Shown here one piece after another: positions 12,458 to 24,410 of a DNA stretch of 64,000 bases (the stretch's first letter is position 1; every line of letters begins with the position of its first letter). Both the position numbers and the translations under genes were made by a program. The stretch is from Somniosus microcephalus. Lineage: Eukaryota. The stretch covers positions 10,850,001 through 10,914,000 of the forward strand of contig CM126220.1 in the NCBI GenBank assembly GCA_052327205.1, read 5' to 3'. A model generated the notes under the pieces. It saw only the letters and a program-made list of their open reading frames with translations. It was not told the origin of the DNA and searched no databases.

Positions 12458-13111
12458 AATCATAATCATAATCAACTTTATTGTCATTGTTAGTGCACAA
12501 GTGCAGTACAACGAAATGTAGGCTTGCGGCTCCCGAGAGTGTACATTTAGATTAAGACATTTAAACATTCAACATACATTTGGCTTGTAATACATTAACA
12601 TAAACATAACCATAATAAAGTGCATTGGCAGATGTGCAGGCTTTAGAGTTTATTTGTGGAGTTCAGTAGGATGACAGCCCTGGGAAAGAAGCTGTTCCTA
12701 AATCTGGTCGTACGGGTGCAAATGCATCTGTAGCGTCTCCCAGATGGCAGGAGGGCGAACAGACTGTGGCTGGGGTGGGTAGGGTCTTTGATGATGGACC
12801 GTGACCTCCGTAAACAGCGTTTCTGGTATATGTGCTCTATGGTCGGTAGCCGGGTGCCGGTAATGCGTTGGGCAGTTTTGACTACCCGCTGCAGGGCTTT
12901 CTGGTCATAGTAGCTACAGCTGCCATACCATACTGTGATACAGTTCGTCAGGATGCTCTCTATTGTGCAGCGGTAAAAGTTAGAGAGGATCAGGGGTGAC
13001 AGGTTACGTCCCTTCAGCCTCCTTAGGAAATATAGGCGCTGCTGGGCCTTCTTCACCAGAGAGGAGGTATTGAGGGACCAGGAGCGGTCTTCCGTGATGT
13101 GGACTCCGAGG
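12458..13111 (-). mobile_element. Rex1/Babar LINE 3' fragment
   Basis: Uninterrupted LGVHITEDRSWSLNTSSLVKKAQQRLYFLRRLK..FYRCTIESILTNCITVWYG..LQRVVKTAQRITG..LLPSGRRYR; AATAAA followed by a (GATTAT)n tail. Confidence 0.93.
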
Positions 13112-13769
13112 TGGCCCAGTAGCTGTAACACTTGAATACTGGACTTTCACTTCCATTGAGGCATTAGATATCAAATCACAGTACTGGCTAACGTTCATAC
13201 ACTAGCTGTCCCCAAAGGGCACATTTGGTGGTATCGTATTGAGGAGGAAGGGAAACCTGGTACAAGAAAGATTGCTTCTTGTACACTCAAGTGCACTTTC
13301 TGTCACATTAGTCAAGCAATAGCATTGATTGCATCCCAGGTAAATCTCTCTGGACTGCACTAACCAGGTGAAGGAGAGTCGGGTTCCTGATTAAGAAGGA
13401 GCAATAAAAAGAGAAATTCCAAAAGTAGTGTGTCTTTGTTTAAAATAAAATTTAAATAAATAAGTTGAAAACAGGCCTCGGTAAACCTCTATCTGGATCA
13501 ATATCCAGTGACCCTTGCTGGAATGTATGTATGTGTAGACTTCGAGAGCGGGACTGTGATGCCCCCACCCCCTCCCCCATGCTCAAATAACCTACAAGCA
13601 GTTCACAATTGGCTACTTGGACACAATACCAGAGAATAACCAGCACAAGTTGGAGTTGTGCCCCAACATTGAGCAGCACTGCTTCAGGAGAGAAAGGGGG
13701 AGCAAGGAGAGAAAATGGACTCAATAAAGAAGCTATCGGGCAGTGTTGAATTCTGATGAATTCAGGTTA

Positions 13770-14112
13770 TAATGGTAATGTAGTGGTTATGGGGCAAGAC
13801 TAGTAATCAAAAGATTGTGAACTCAATAAAGATGGTCATTTCTGAGCTGGCACTAGAACAAAATGGCTATGAAAGCTGCTGGATTGTCGAAAACACAGGG
13901 ACGAGAATCTGCCACTCTGTTTGGTCTGGCTGACGTTTGACTCTAGCCTCGCACTATGTGGTTGACTCTGAATGACCTCTAAAGTGGCCAAGCAAGTCAC
14001 TCAAGTTACAAAAAAAACAATTGCTGTAGAAGACCTACCACCACCTTCTCAGGGCAACAAGGGATGAGTAATAAATGTCGGCGTTGTCCACATCCCCAGA
14101 TCAAATAAAAAA
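13770..14112 (+). mobile_element. Second, older copy of the 3818-4206 SINE family
   Basis: Head TGGTAATGTAGTGGTTATG..ACTAGTAATC and tail CCACCACCTTCTCAGGGCAACAAGGGATGAGTAATAAATG. Confidence 0.78.
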
Positions 14113-14399
14113 TGATCAGATAGTGTTGAAGCAATAAGTGTGTCACGTGCTAACTGAGTTCAGCACTGGCTAATCTAATACCAGAGCCATTTACTGCCAA
14201 TGATACCTCCTTATAAAATGGAGGTTATTAACCTCCTGCTATATTTTAGGAGTGAAGTTCAATAATAATGGAACAGCATGTCAAGTTTAAAATTAAACTC
14301 TATTGATGGTGTTGGTGGTGTTACGATGGGGGTTGTGCAGTTCGATTGAGCGTTGGTCAATCAGTGGTTAATTGTCAGTTGCCATTGATCCATTCTCAG

Positions 14400-14466
14400 G
14401 TTCTGTGTTGAGATTGGGCTGCCTTGTGATATAAACGTTAGTGAAGCTGACGAAATAGCTCAAATG
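14400..14466 (+). pseudogene. Candidate exon of an unidentified decayed gene
   Basis: Acceptor CCATTCTCAG; frame FCVEIGLPCDINVSEADEIAQM; weak donor ATG|GTGCAA. Confidence 0.2.
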
Positions 14467-15771
14467 GTGCAATGCCTGTGGAAGGATCGCTGATCCCACT
14501 GTTACTTCTGCATATAGTGTGATGACTGCCGTGTTGATCAGAAGAGAGATTTCCATTTTTGTGTCATTTTTTATCTTCATTTTAACATAAATGGTTCATT
14601 GGATACTGAATGGACAGAATGCCTGTAGAGAATGGTTCGGTTCTTTAAAGGTAACTTTTTTGTGTTTAGCTGGGACATTTACAGTGATGATTAAAGGAGT
14701 CACATTTGAGGTTTATAATATGTCAAGCTTTTGAATAACTTCTGCATTTAGTAATTTATTTACATAAACAAGTGTCTTTCCAAAATTGGATTTTTTTTCC
14801 CCCATGGGAATTAAGCTAAAGTATTTCTGAAATCGGTAATAAGAGTGGCTCTCTGCGTTCTGTAAATTTTTAAAAAACAAAAGCAAATTAACCTCAATTT
14901 GATCGGAAAACTGTTGCTTAGCAGACTCTACTGTTCTCTCTCTGAGCATCACGTTCACTGGAAACATCAAGGGGAGATAATTGTTTTGCCCGAGAGCAGC
15001 TCCTTTCCTTTGTTTGCACCAATGGCTACATTGCATTAAGATAAGCAGAACTTCTTTAAAACAATATTTTCATTTTTCCAGTAAGCTACAAAAGTGGTCC
15101 CGATATATTGGTTCTCCTAGCTATAATGAGGAAGCACTCAAAAGAACTCTCGGCCAATTCAAGAAGCGTTTGCAATAAAGTTTTGTATTTCTAAGTTAAT
15201 CATTTGGGCTGCAGCAATCTGTGCATGGCAAGCAGAGCTGCAAAATATTGGAATGATGATGCAGTGGTACTTCAGTTGTCAAATGATCGGCTAATAGCAG
15301 TTGTAATTCTCGTCGTTTACTTCGCTGTAAGGGCAACATAAACATCAGGCAATTGATCACATCAATTCAGATTTGAAGTTATTCAAGGGATCTGTCTTGA
15401 AGAGGAGAATTGAGGTGGCACTCAGTCCAATATGCCCCCCTCATTTCAGCTGAGAAACTGACTAACAAGTGCTGCGTTTAGTAGTGGTGGAGAGAGGTTG
15501 GGTGATGAAGTGGGTAAGCACACTTCCTCTGTCATCATTGGACCAAGTTTTTGAATCCAGCCCAAACTGACTGCATGAGGATCACCCTCTCTGCTGACTG
15601 CACAGGTCCAACATAAATTGAGTTTGAGCAGGTTCTCAACGGTTTTATGCAGAATGAAACTGGCCGCAATTTGGCATAAAGTCAGCAGTCTCCCCAGAAG
15701 ACAACTCGAGGAATACTGATGTGAGAAAAAATCACAGTAGTGAGGTTGAGATAACAAGTGTGTTACTAAAT

Positions 15772-16203
15772 AATATTTGCATTTATATAATCACCCTAAC
15801 ATGACAGAACTTCATAAAGCACTTCACTTCACACAATGAATTACTTTTTTGAAGCACAGTGACTGTTACGTAGGCAAACATGATAGCACCGGCAACATCC
15901 CACCAACAGGAATGCAATGAATTATCAGATCATCTGGATTTTGTGTTGCTAATACTGGTTTTGAGAGAAGTGTGGCCCAAGACACCAGGATAACTTTGTG
16001 GTCTTTGAATAATGCCATAGGATCTTGAATATTCACCACTGGAATAGGCAGATAATAGTTGAAGTTTGACATCTCCCCTGAAGAATGACACCTTTGACAA
16101 TTCAGTACGGCACTGGAGTGTAGTCTGGATTATGTACTCAAACCATGATCTGGATCTTGAACCTTCTGACCCAGAGGCTAGACTTTTATTAATTGAGTCA
16201 GAC
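15772..16203 (-). mobile_element. DeuSINE, degraded
   Basis: Reverse-complement tail, body and head similar to 10629-11084. Confidence 0.8.
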
Positions 16204-16337
16204 TAACTAGTTACCATGGCAAAGTATCTTTCTTCTCCTCTTGCTCATGTCATACAAGGTTTGGGAACCCTTGATGTTGTCACTGAATGACAAAATCTGG
16301 GCCTAGAAATTACTATTGACTTTATTTGTGTTTCACC

Positions 16338-16625
16338 ATGGGTCAGTGGTAGCACTGGGTTCAATGGAAGTTATGGGGTCAAACACCACTCCAGGACTTG
16401 AACACATAATCTAGGCTAACACTTCAGTGCAGTCAGATAAGATGTAAATCTGAGGCCCCATCTGCCTGTTCAGGTGGATGTTAAAGATTCCATGGCACTA
16501 TTTGAAGAGCAGGGCAGTTCTCCTGATGTCCTGGTGCATTTGCATTTGTCCACATAATAACGGTGACTGCACTGCTATGGGATATTTTGGGAAAAGTGCT
16601 ATATGAATTCAGTTCTTTTATTTTC
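16338..16625 (+). mobile_element. DeuSINE, degraded with deletions
   Basis: GGTAGCACT..CACTCCAGGACTTGAACAC..GAGGCCCCATCTGCC..CATGGCACTATTTGAAGAGCAGGG. Confidence 0.8.
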
Positions 16626-16644
16626 TATGGCATGTATTTCATTT

Positions 16645-17082
16645 TAAATGGTACCAGGGATGAGAGAATTTAGCTATGTGGAGAGACTAGAGATGCTTGT
16701 ATTCTTATTAGAGCAGAGATGGTTAAGGGGAGATTTAATAAAGGGGCTCAAAATTATGAGAGGTTTTGATGGAGCAGATGGGGAGAAATCGTTTCCACTG
16801 GCACGAAGGTCAGTAACCACTGGACACACATTTAAGACAATTGCCAAAAAATCTAGGGAAATTAGGAGAAATTATTTTACGCTGTGATCTGGAATGCACT
16901 GCCTGAAAGCAGATTCAGTAGTAACTTTCAAAAGGGAATTGGAGAAATACTTGGAAAAGAAAAGATTTGTAGGGCTATGGGGAAAGAGCAGGGGAGTGGG
17001 TTATGGTGGATTGGAGAGCTCTTTCAAAAAGCCGGCACAGACCCGATGGGCCAAATGGCTTCCTTCTGTGCTGTATAATTCT
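16645..17082 (+). mobile_element. CR1 LINE 3' fragment (older subfamily)
   Basis: MVPGMREFSYVERLE..LRGDLI..; tail GGGCCAAATGGCTTCCTTCTGTGCTGTATAATTCTA. Confidence 0.9.
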
Positions 17083-19002
17083 ACAAACACTCCTTTAAAA
17101 TAGAAGGCAGAGAACAGTCCTAAAACAAATTGAGCATTTGTCTGCTCGTATCGCCAACAGTAACTTCTAGGCTCAAAAGTGTTCCCTTCCCCAGCATTAA
17201 TATCCCTCATTGTAATACGCACAAAAATTCACTGCATAAAATTTAGGAAGAAACAAATATGAGGTTTCAGTTGCATAAAAAAAAATTCAAAGAAAAAACC
17301 CAGATAATTGTTTTGTAACATTTGCTGAGGAGCCAAATGGTTTCTGTTTGAAGCTTAAAGCGTGTAAAGTCCAAAAAATGCTGAGAATGAAATGCAAAAA
17401 AATTAATCTGAAAACCCTATCAATAATTCATCCTAGTATTTTACAGAATTTATGCTGCAGTTGTTTCAGATTTCCAATGGCTTCTTCACCCTCCTCTTGC
17501 ACAAACACGCTTTTAAAAATGAATGGTAGAAAGACCTTTCAGTATTGTAAAGATACATTTCTTGAGAGGGTTCTCCATGTGTGCAGTCAACCACGATATT
17601 TCCTTTGAAATAATGGTGCAGGTGAGTGCATGATTCTCCGTCACACTTCTGCTTGCCTGATAGATACAGATTTATTAATATGTGCAGTGTTGGACTGCTG
17701 ATAGCAGTGTAATTTATCGCTAAGTATCATTTTGACATGATAGTTTTGTAACAAATACATAATGCATATTGTTCCATTTCCCCCCACCTCTGCCAGTTTA
17801 AAATTAATGGAGTTAGACTCCCTCAATTCAGTGTAATCTCATGTCCGATGACTGTGCCGACTCTCCCCGCATACCAATAAGACTTCACTGACTCCTTCAG
17901 TTAGTGTCACCTTGAAACGGAATGATTTCAGCCAGCTTCCCATTTGTTTTGTGCTGTCAAATTAGGCAAGCCCTCACTTCTTCATGAGGAGCAATTCTTT
18001 ATTCATGAGCCTGATTTCATAAAAATGGCTCACATGAGAGAGAGAGAGAGATGGTAGAGCTCAACCTTGCTACTGCTTACAGTCTAGGACGACGGGCTAA
18101 AATAAAGAGGCTTTTAACAGGAAACAGGAAATGGCTGCTTAATGCAAATATATTTGATGCTTTGTAGTCTATTTACCATGTAATTTTTAATATCTAAGCA
18201 TGTTCACATTCAACCAAGGACAGTACGGTTGCACAAAATCTATTTGTAACTATAATGGTGATAGTTGAGCAAGCAGCATAGCTGTCGAGATGCTCGCTCC
18301 GCAGCACTGCTCGACTTTAATCAGCTCCCAGTCCAGTGGGGGAAGGGGAGTAAACATGGCTGGTCGTGCCCACTTAATGGAGGTATTCTGTCCTTGGACA
18401 TTTTCTCCAGCTGCTCAATTGATACAAATGATGTTTGCTTAACAGAGATAATATCACGAATAAAATGATTTTTATCCCTTCAACTCTATTGTTTTAGCTC
18501 AAATTACCGTGAGTAATTTTGGACCCACCTGCGTGTACTATTTATTTATCCTGTGTGACTCACTCCAGCTTATTCTTTCCTCCCTCTTTTGCATTTCTTA
18601 CTCTTGCTCAGTGATTCTCACTTCCAGATCTAAATTGCACTTCGCATTCCTCCAAGTGGATGGCTATATGAACATGAATTATTTGCTATTTAAATTTAAT
18701 GAACAGCCTGAATAAGAGAATTGCATGGCCCCTAATAGGTTTCAGTCCAAACTCCCAGGGCAGCGCGCCTCAGTCAGATGATTTTGGTGTGTTGGAATGC
18801 CGAATGGAACTTTGCATGGCAGTCAGAGTTAACATCAGGGAGGGTAGGCAGACCAATACAGACCAACTGGTCAAAGTTTTTTTCAAAATCACATCTCCTG
18901 TTTGACCACTTGTTAATGATTGTGATGGAATTACAGCCCTAGGCCGTTCCATAGATGAAGAATGACGTGTGATGGCAAGCTGTTTTGTTAAAGAAATAAG
19001 AA

Positions 19003-19425
19003 AATAACTTGTAATTATATAGTGCCTTTCATGTCCTCAGGATGTCTCAAAGTACTTCACATTTAACAAATTACTTTTGACGTGTGGGCACCCATGGCAG
19101 CCAATTTGTACACAGCAAGGTCCCACAAACAGCACTTAGATACATGACCAGCTCATTTGTTTTTGCTGGTGTTGGATGTGGGGTGAATGTTGACCTGGAC
19201 ACTGACCGAACTCCCCTGGTTTTCTTTGCGGATCTTTTTCATCCACCTGAACAGGCAGACGGGACCTCAGTTTAAAGTCTCATGCAAAAGTGGCAATGCA
19301 GCGCTCCCTCAGCACTGCACCGAAGTGTTGGCCTGGATTATGTTGTGTTCAGGTCCTGGAGTGGGGCTTGAACCCACAGCCTTCTGATTCAGAGTCGAGA
19401 GTGTTACAGCTCAGTCAAGCTGGCA
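19003..19425 (-). mobile_element. DeuSINE
   Basis: Reverse-complement tail, Deu domain (GCTCCCTCAGCACTGCAC) and head (CTTGAACCCACAGCCTTCTGA). Confidence 0.85.
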
Positions 19426-20439
19426 CTGAAAAATAGAAAATGTAACATGTTACCTTTAATTTTGTACATGACAATCTTGCCATTTCGAGGAAGCTACTGG
19501 TACAAGCTATATTTGTAAGAGTCTGCTCTATTTTTGGTACAGTCTTGGAGATGATGGTTTTGTCCATTCAATTTTGAATTTCCTCTGTTACTGTCCTAAA
19601 CTTGACTTTGGCATTATTAAAAGGTAGGAACAAGAAAAATCCATTCATCCCATCTACCTCATCGTGTCATTCAGGTCCATGCGTAGGAACCATTCACACT
19701 GTCCTCTCCATCCTGCCTCCGTACCAAGTTCGTGTGTTTCTATTTCCTGCTGAAAAATAAACCTTTTTCCTATCTCTTTTCTGCTTTAACCATGTAATAT
19801 GCATAAGGTAATACATTTAATGCAAAGTAGTTACTCAAATTATGTTTACCTAGGTGTTTGTTAGCTTATAATTATATTCCCTGTTGAGTACAAAGGAATT
19901 CTCCATATCTATCCCACTGATTCCTTCATACACGACTGAAAACTTGGGGACCATGTTCTTCCCTTCCCTCTCCTCTTTTCCCAAATAGATTTAGTTTCCT
20001 TAATCTCATGATGAAGAGCTTGCATGCATCAAAACACCTCTTGTTTTTAAATTGATATATTATCAAATCATAATGCATCATAGTTGTAAAAAAAAGCCTC
20101 CTTAAATCCTCATGATCTAATCTCAAGACCTTGTAAAAGCTGTTGCCAAGACTTCTCTAAAATAATTACGTAAACTATCATTGTAGTGTATTTGTCTTCA
20201 GTAGCGCAGTTTTCATTTCTACTACATGTTCTAGAATTATATCTGACAATTTTTTATGTATAATTATGCTTCCAGATGACACACTCAGTGTTCTCTTCTG
20301 TTTGTAATCAGATGTAATTTGTTTAAAAGAAAAAAAAAAGTAATTTGAGTAATATTTCCTTCAGCATTGTTGCACATTTAAAGCAGTTTCACACATCAGG
20401 TATTATATACAGCTACTAGCTGGGGAGCCCCGCGTTGCG

Positions 20440-21720
20440 AGGGCAATTTTGGGGCGCGAGGGCAATTTTGGGGCGTTTGGTCTCCCTGCCCCTGTGTGTC
20501 CCCCCTCTCCCTGTCATGTCCTCTCCCTATCCTATCCCTCCCTCCCCTCCCCTCCCCTCCACCCGCTCCCCCACTCCCCTCTGTCCCTCTCTCCGGCCCC
20601 TCCCCCTGCCTAGCGCCTGAGGTCCGGAGCTGAGGTCCCCCGCGTATGGCGCGGCTGATGGACGGCCGCTGTGGGCGGGCGGGCGGCGCATGCGCGGTCA
20701 GTGGGAAATTTTGGGGCGCTTGGTCTCCCTGCCCCTGTGTGTCCCCCCTCTCCCTGTCATGTCCTCTCCCTCTCCCTGTCCTATCCCTCCCTCCCCTCCC
20801 CTCCTCTCCCTGCTCTCCCTCCCCGCCTCTCCCTCCCCTCCCCTCCCCTCCCCTCCCCTCCTCTCCCTCCCTCCCCTCGCCTCCCCCACTCCCCTCTGTC
20901 CCTCTCTCCGGCCCCTCCCCCTGCCTAGCGCCTGAGGTCCGGAGCTGAGGTCCCCCGCGTATCGCGCGGCTGATGGACGGCCGCTGTGGGCGGGCGGGCG
21001 GCGCATGCGTGGTCAGTGCGGGCGGCGCATGCGCGGGCGGCGCGAGCGCCCCACGATTTCCCGAGACTCGCCCCCCCCCCCCCCCCCGCGATTTCCCGAG
21101 GCTCTCCCCCCCCCCCCCCCCCCCCCCCCCATTAAATTGTTATTTAATTCCCTAACACATCATTAAAATATTTACCTTAGTTCCCTAAGGGCAATTTTGG
21201 GGCGCGAGGGCAATTTTGGGGCGCTTGGTCTCCCTGCCCCTGTGTCCCCCCCCTCTCCTTGTCATGTCCTCTCCCTGTCCTATCCCTCCCTCCTCTCCCT
21301 CCCCTCCCCTGTCTCCCTCCCTCCCTCCCCTCGCCCACCCCCGCTCCCCCACTCCCCTCTGTCCCTCTCTCCGGCCCCTCCCCCTGCCTAGCGCCTGAGG
21401 TCCGGAGCTGAGGTCCCCCGCGTATGGCGCGGCTGATGGACGGCCGCTGTGGGCGGGCGGGCGGCGCATGCGCGGTCAGTGCGGGCGGCGCGAGCGCCCC
21501 GCGATTTCCCGAGGCTTGCCCCCCCCCCCCGCGATTTCCCGAGGCTTCCCCCCCCCCCCCCGCGATTTCCCGAGGCTCTTCCCCCCCCCCCCCCCGCGAT
21601 TTCCCGAGGCTCCCCCCCCCCCCCGCGATTTCCCGAGGCTCTCCTCCCCCCCCCCCCCCCCCATTAAATTGTTATTTAATTCCCTAACACATCATTAAAA
21701 TATTTACCTTAGTTCCCTAA
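20440..21720. repeat. Internal tandem duplications and C-rich minisatellites within the Helitron
   Basis: A ~260-310 bp unit occurs three times (from ~20440, ~20704, ~21189); a 60-bp AT-rich spacer occurs twice (21129-21188, 21661-21720); CCCGCGATTTCCCGAGGCT repeats separated by poly-C. Confidence 0.95.
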
Positions 21721-21756
21721 CACACAGAAAGTGTGGGGGAAAAAATTGTGAAAAAT

Positions 21757-21995
21757 CAAGATGGCGGCCACTCACCTCGGTTCAGAAGGATAAGGCCCGC
21801 CCACACACGCACCGATTGGTCGACCGGTCAGGTCACCGAAGCGTAGGATTGGTCAATCGTCGAGTCACTCGACACTCAACTGTAGGAAGGAACCCGCCGT
21901 CCGATTGGTGGACCTCGACGTCACATGGTCGCTAATGAGATGCTAATGAGCGGAACGCTGAACGTTTTTGGGATACCGCGGGCGGGATTTTTGTC
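21757..21995 (-). promoter_or_regulatory. CpG-island-like Pol II promoter cassette with splice donor inside the Helitron
   Basis: Three CCAAT boxes (21815, 21848, 21904), GC box near 21795, GACGTCA and E-box near 21918, donor AG|GTGAGT at 21776, YY1 motif CAAGATGGCGGC at 21757-21768. Confidence 0.5.
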
Positions 21996-22734
21996 CGGCC
22001 GAAACGTAAATACGCCTATGACCGGTCCGGAATCGCAAGCTTTCTTTTGAGGCGACGCGCGCGTCGGTACGCTCTGTAACTTCCAAACGTATAGAGACCA
22101 GGCGGACAGACAGACAGACAGACAGACAGAAGAGCCGCTTTATATATATAGATGAGAGAACTGTGACTGCATCATTTTTTCATTTAAATGCTCAAACGCT
22201 GAAATGAATAATGCGCAAGATTGTAATAAATGTCGCAGAGTGTGGTTTACAAGGAATTTGGGATGATATAATTTAAGCCATGTGGAAGATAACTGAATTT
22301 CAAAGAGGATTGTAGCTATAAAGTTTGACCACCTGTCATTTGAAATAAGTAAATGTCTATCTATACGTAGCCTCTGAGTATAACCTAGTCTTTTGAGCCA
22401 TACCTAAAGAAAATTCACATTTCAGACCTACTGTGCATGTGTGGTGTATGATAGTAACTGCCTTTTATTCTCTTGGTTTCCCCAATGGTGTAGCAAGTTT
22501 GTCCAGTGAGTAGCTGAGCCTCATCCCATGAGCCCCAGTCACCTCCCAACAAATAGCCTATTCTAACCATGTGCATTTTGACAGTGTTGTAAGCTATTGA
22601 ACTGGCGGCCAACACAGCTAAGCTAATCTTGTCCGACTTAATGTCCACAAGTGCTCACTGTACAAAATGTGTCAGCTGTTGAGAAACCAAGAGCAAAAAT
22701 GCCTTTCCTCTACCATGTGTACAATTGGACTGAA

Positions 22735-22900
22735 ACCCAGTCTGTGCTGAGTTAGCAGATCTCAGCTGGGTGCTGAAATTGGCCTTCATGCCTCTGGATT
22801 AGGGAGGGGAAAATTGCCTAGGGTTCTCTTGTCTAATAGCTCTCCAGCAATTTGTGCCACACTTCTGTGGACATTGTGTGTTGGCCCACTGTCAAGTTGC
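22735..22900 (+). mobile_element. AmnSINE2-like old SINE
   Basis: TCTGTGCTGAGTTAGCAGATCTCAGCTGGG..ATTGGCCT..TAGGGAGGGGGAAAATTGCCTAGGGTTC. Confidence 0.65.
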
Positions 22901-24144
22901 ACATAAATATCATGGCCATTTGGGCCTGAGGGTGTCCAATGTTCATGAAACCATACTCCAAAATGAAAGAAATTGAAGGAGGAGAAAGAGAAAGTTGTCA
23001 GCAAAAGTTTCTAAATGGGAGTGCCCCACTGCAAATAAATTGTTCTTTTTTTCCAGGCATTCCTGTCAAGCTAGCAACATAGAATAAATGTGAGGAAATC
23101 AGTAATCACAGATCTATTTCAGTGCTGTTCCCAAAGAGGTCTCTGATTACTGTGCTCTCGTTTGTGGAGGGGCACCATGATCCAAGGTGACTTAAAAGGA
23201 GAAAATAATACCAACATGGAGTGCGTAGGGTGGGGGTGGCAGGGACTTTGCAGTCCTCGGCTAGGTTGCATGAGGGAATCCCTTCCCATACCAGTTGAGG
23301 AAGCCACCCAGCACAACCAGTATTGACTATTTCGTTGCTTCAATTAAAAATTCAATGTGCACGTCAAGAACTGTTCAAATAAAACTGTAAAAATCCACTG
23401 AAAGTCAGCTGCATTTTTCATCTGTAAAAAGTATGGGATCAAAAGTTCCTGGCAAGTTTCTGTGGCTAATACCTGATCCTGAATTAGACAACAAGTTTTG
23501 TTAAGAGTTATTCCTTTCTGTAACATTTTGGCCCAAAGCCCCAACAGTATTAGTTTTTTTAGCCCAACTTGAGAAGACTGTGCTTAAGGCATGTTGTACA
23601 GCCTTCAATGTTTCTCCAATTGTTAAGAGGCAGAAGATGTGCACATTTTAAGAACAGGAAATTCAAAAGTGTTGTCATTTGTTAATTGAATTTGCTATGT
23701 TACATTATATATTGGCCTTTGTCCCTAGACTAGAGAGGGAACAGTTTGGGGGTGGAAATCATCCAGGGAACTGCACTCTTGATTGCAGTCCTAGTACAAA
23801 GTCCACATGTGTGGATATTAGATGTAAACAAGATCAGGCTTTGTTATGATGCAGTTTGTGGTCAAATAGCAACTCTTGTGAATCTGCCTATAATTTTTCT
23901 CTCCTTCCTAAGGATGAACTTCCTGACCGCCACAAAGGTCCAGCTGAGATCAATAACTTACCATGTGAAGAATGCCTTAGATCCTCACTCCAGTCACTGC
24001 ATTGTTGCAGCACACTTAAATCACAACACTTCCCGAATCTAATGCACCTCTTTTGTCGCTAATTTTCTTCCCTCAAGTCGCTGTTTCTTACTGGGATACA
24101 GTTCCACCGATGCCTACAGTCAACCCTCACCCCCAAGCCAGTAA

Positions 24145-24410
24145 CTTGCCCAAGTGATCATTCTAAATGTGTGAACTTGGGTAGTGAGTAAAAGCAGGCC
24201 ACTTGGACCATGGAGAGCATCTATCTCCTTGTCCAACACGCACTTCCCAGCAAGGGCGCTGGATCGTGATCAGCAATGGGATGATTTTCTTCTCTAGCCC
24301 TGGAACGCTAAGGCCACCCCAGCTGCTCTCTCTGCTGAGATCAGGCTACTCGGCACAAACCTGAGATCTTCTGGCCCGGAGGCCACAACAGGTGCTGCGT
24401 TTGCCCACTA
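24145..24410 (-). mobile_element. AmnSINE2-like old SINE
   Basis: Reverse complement of the same core (CCCAAGTGATCATTCT..CTGAGATCAGGCTACTCGGCACA). Confidence 0.6.

Larger units (their letters stand above)
20416..22152 (-). mobile_element. Non-autonomous Helitron (rolling-circle element)
   Basis: On the minus strand it starts A|TCTATATATATAAAG, has a (CTGT)n microsatellite near the 5' end, and ends with a GC-rich imperfect hairpin then CTAG|T; no TSD; inserted in an A-T dinucleotide. Confidence 0.88.

Noticed and set aside
21495-21660. Regularly spaced ~19-bp repeats resembling a CRISPR array
   Set aside because: Spacers are only poly-C, the context is eukaryotic and there are no cas genes; it is a minisatellite
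20435-21698. Many Pro/Gly/Arg-rich ORFs on both strands
   Set aside because: By-products of GC-rich low-complexity repeats inside the Helitron; no domain-like sequence
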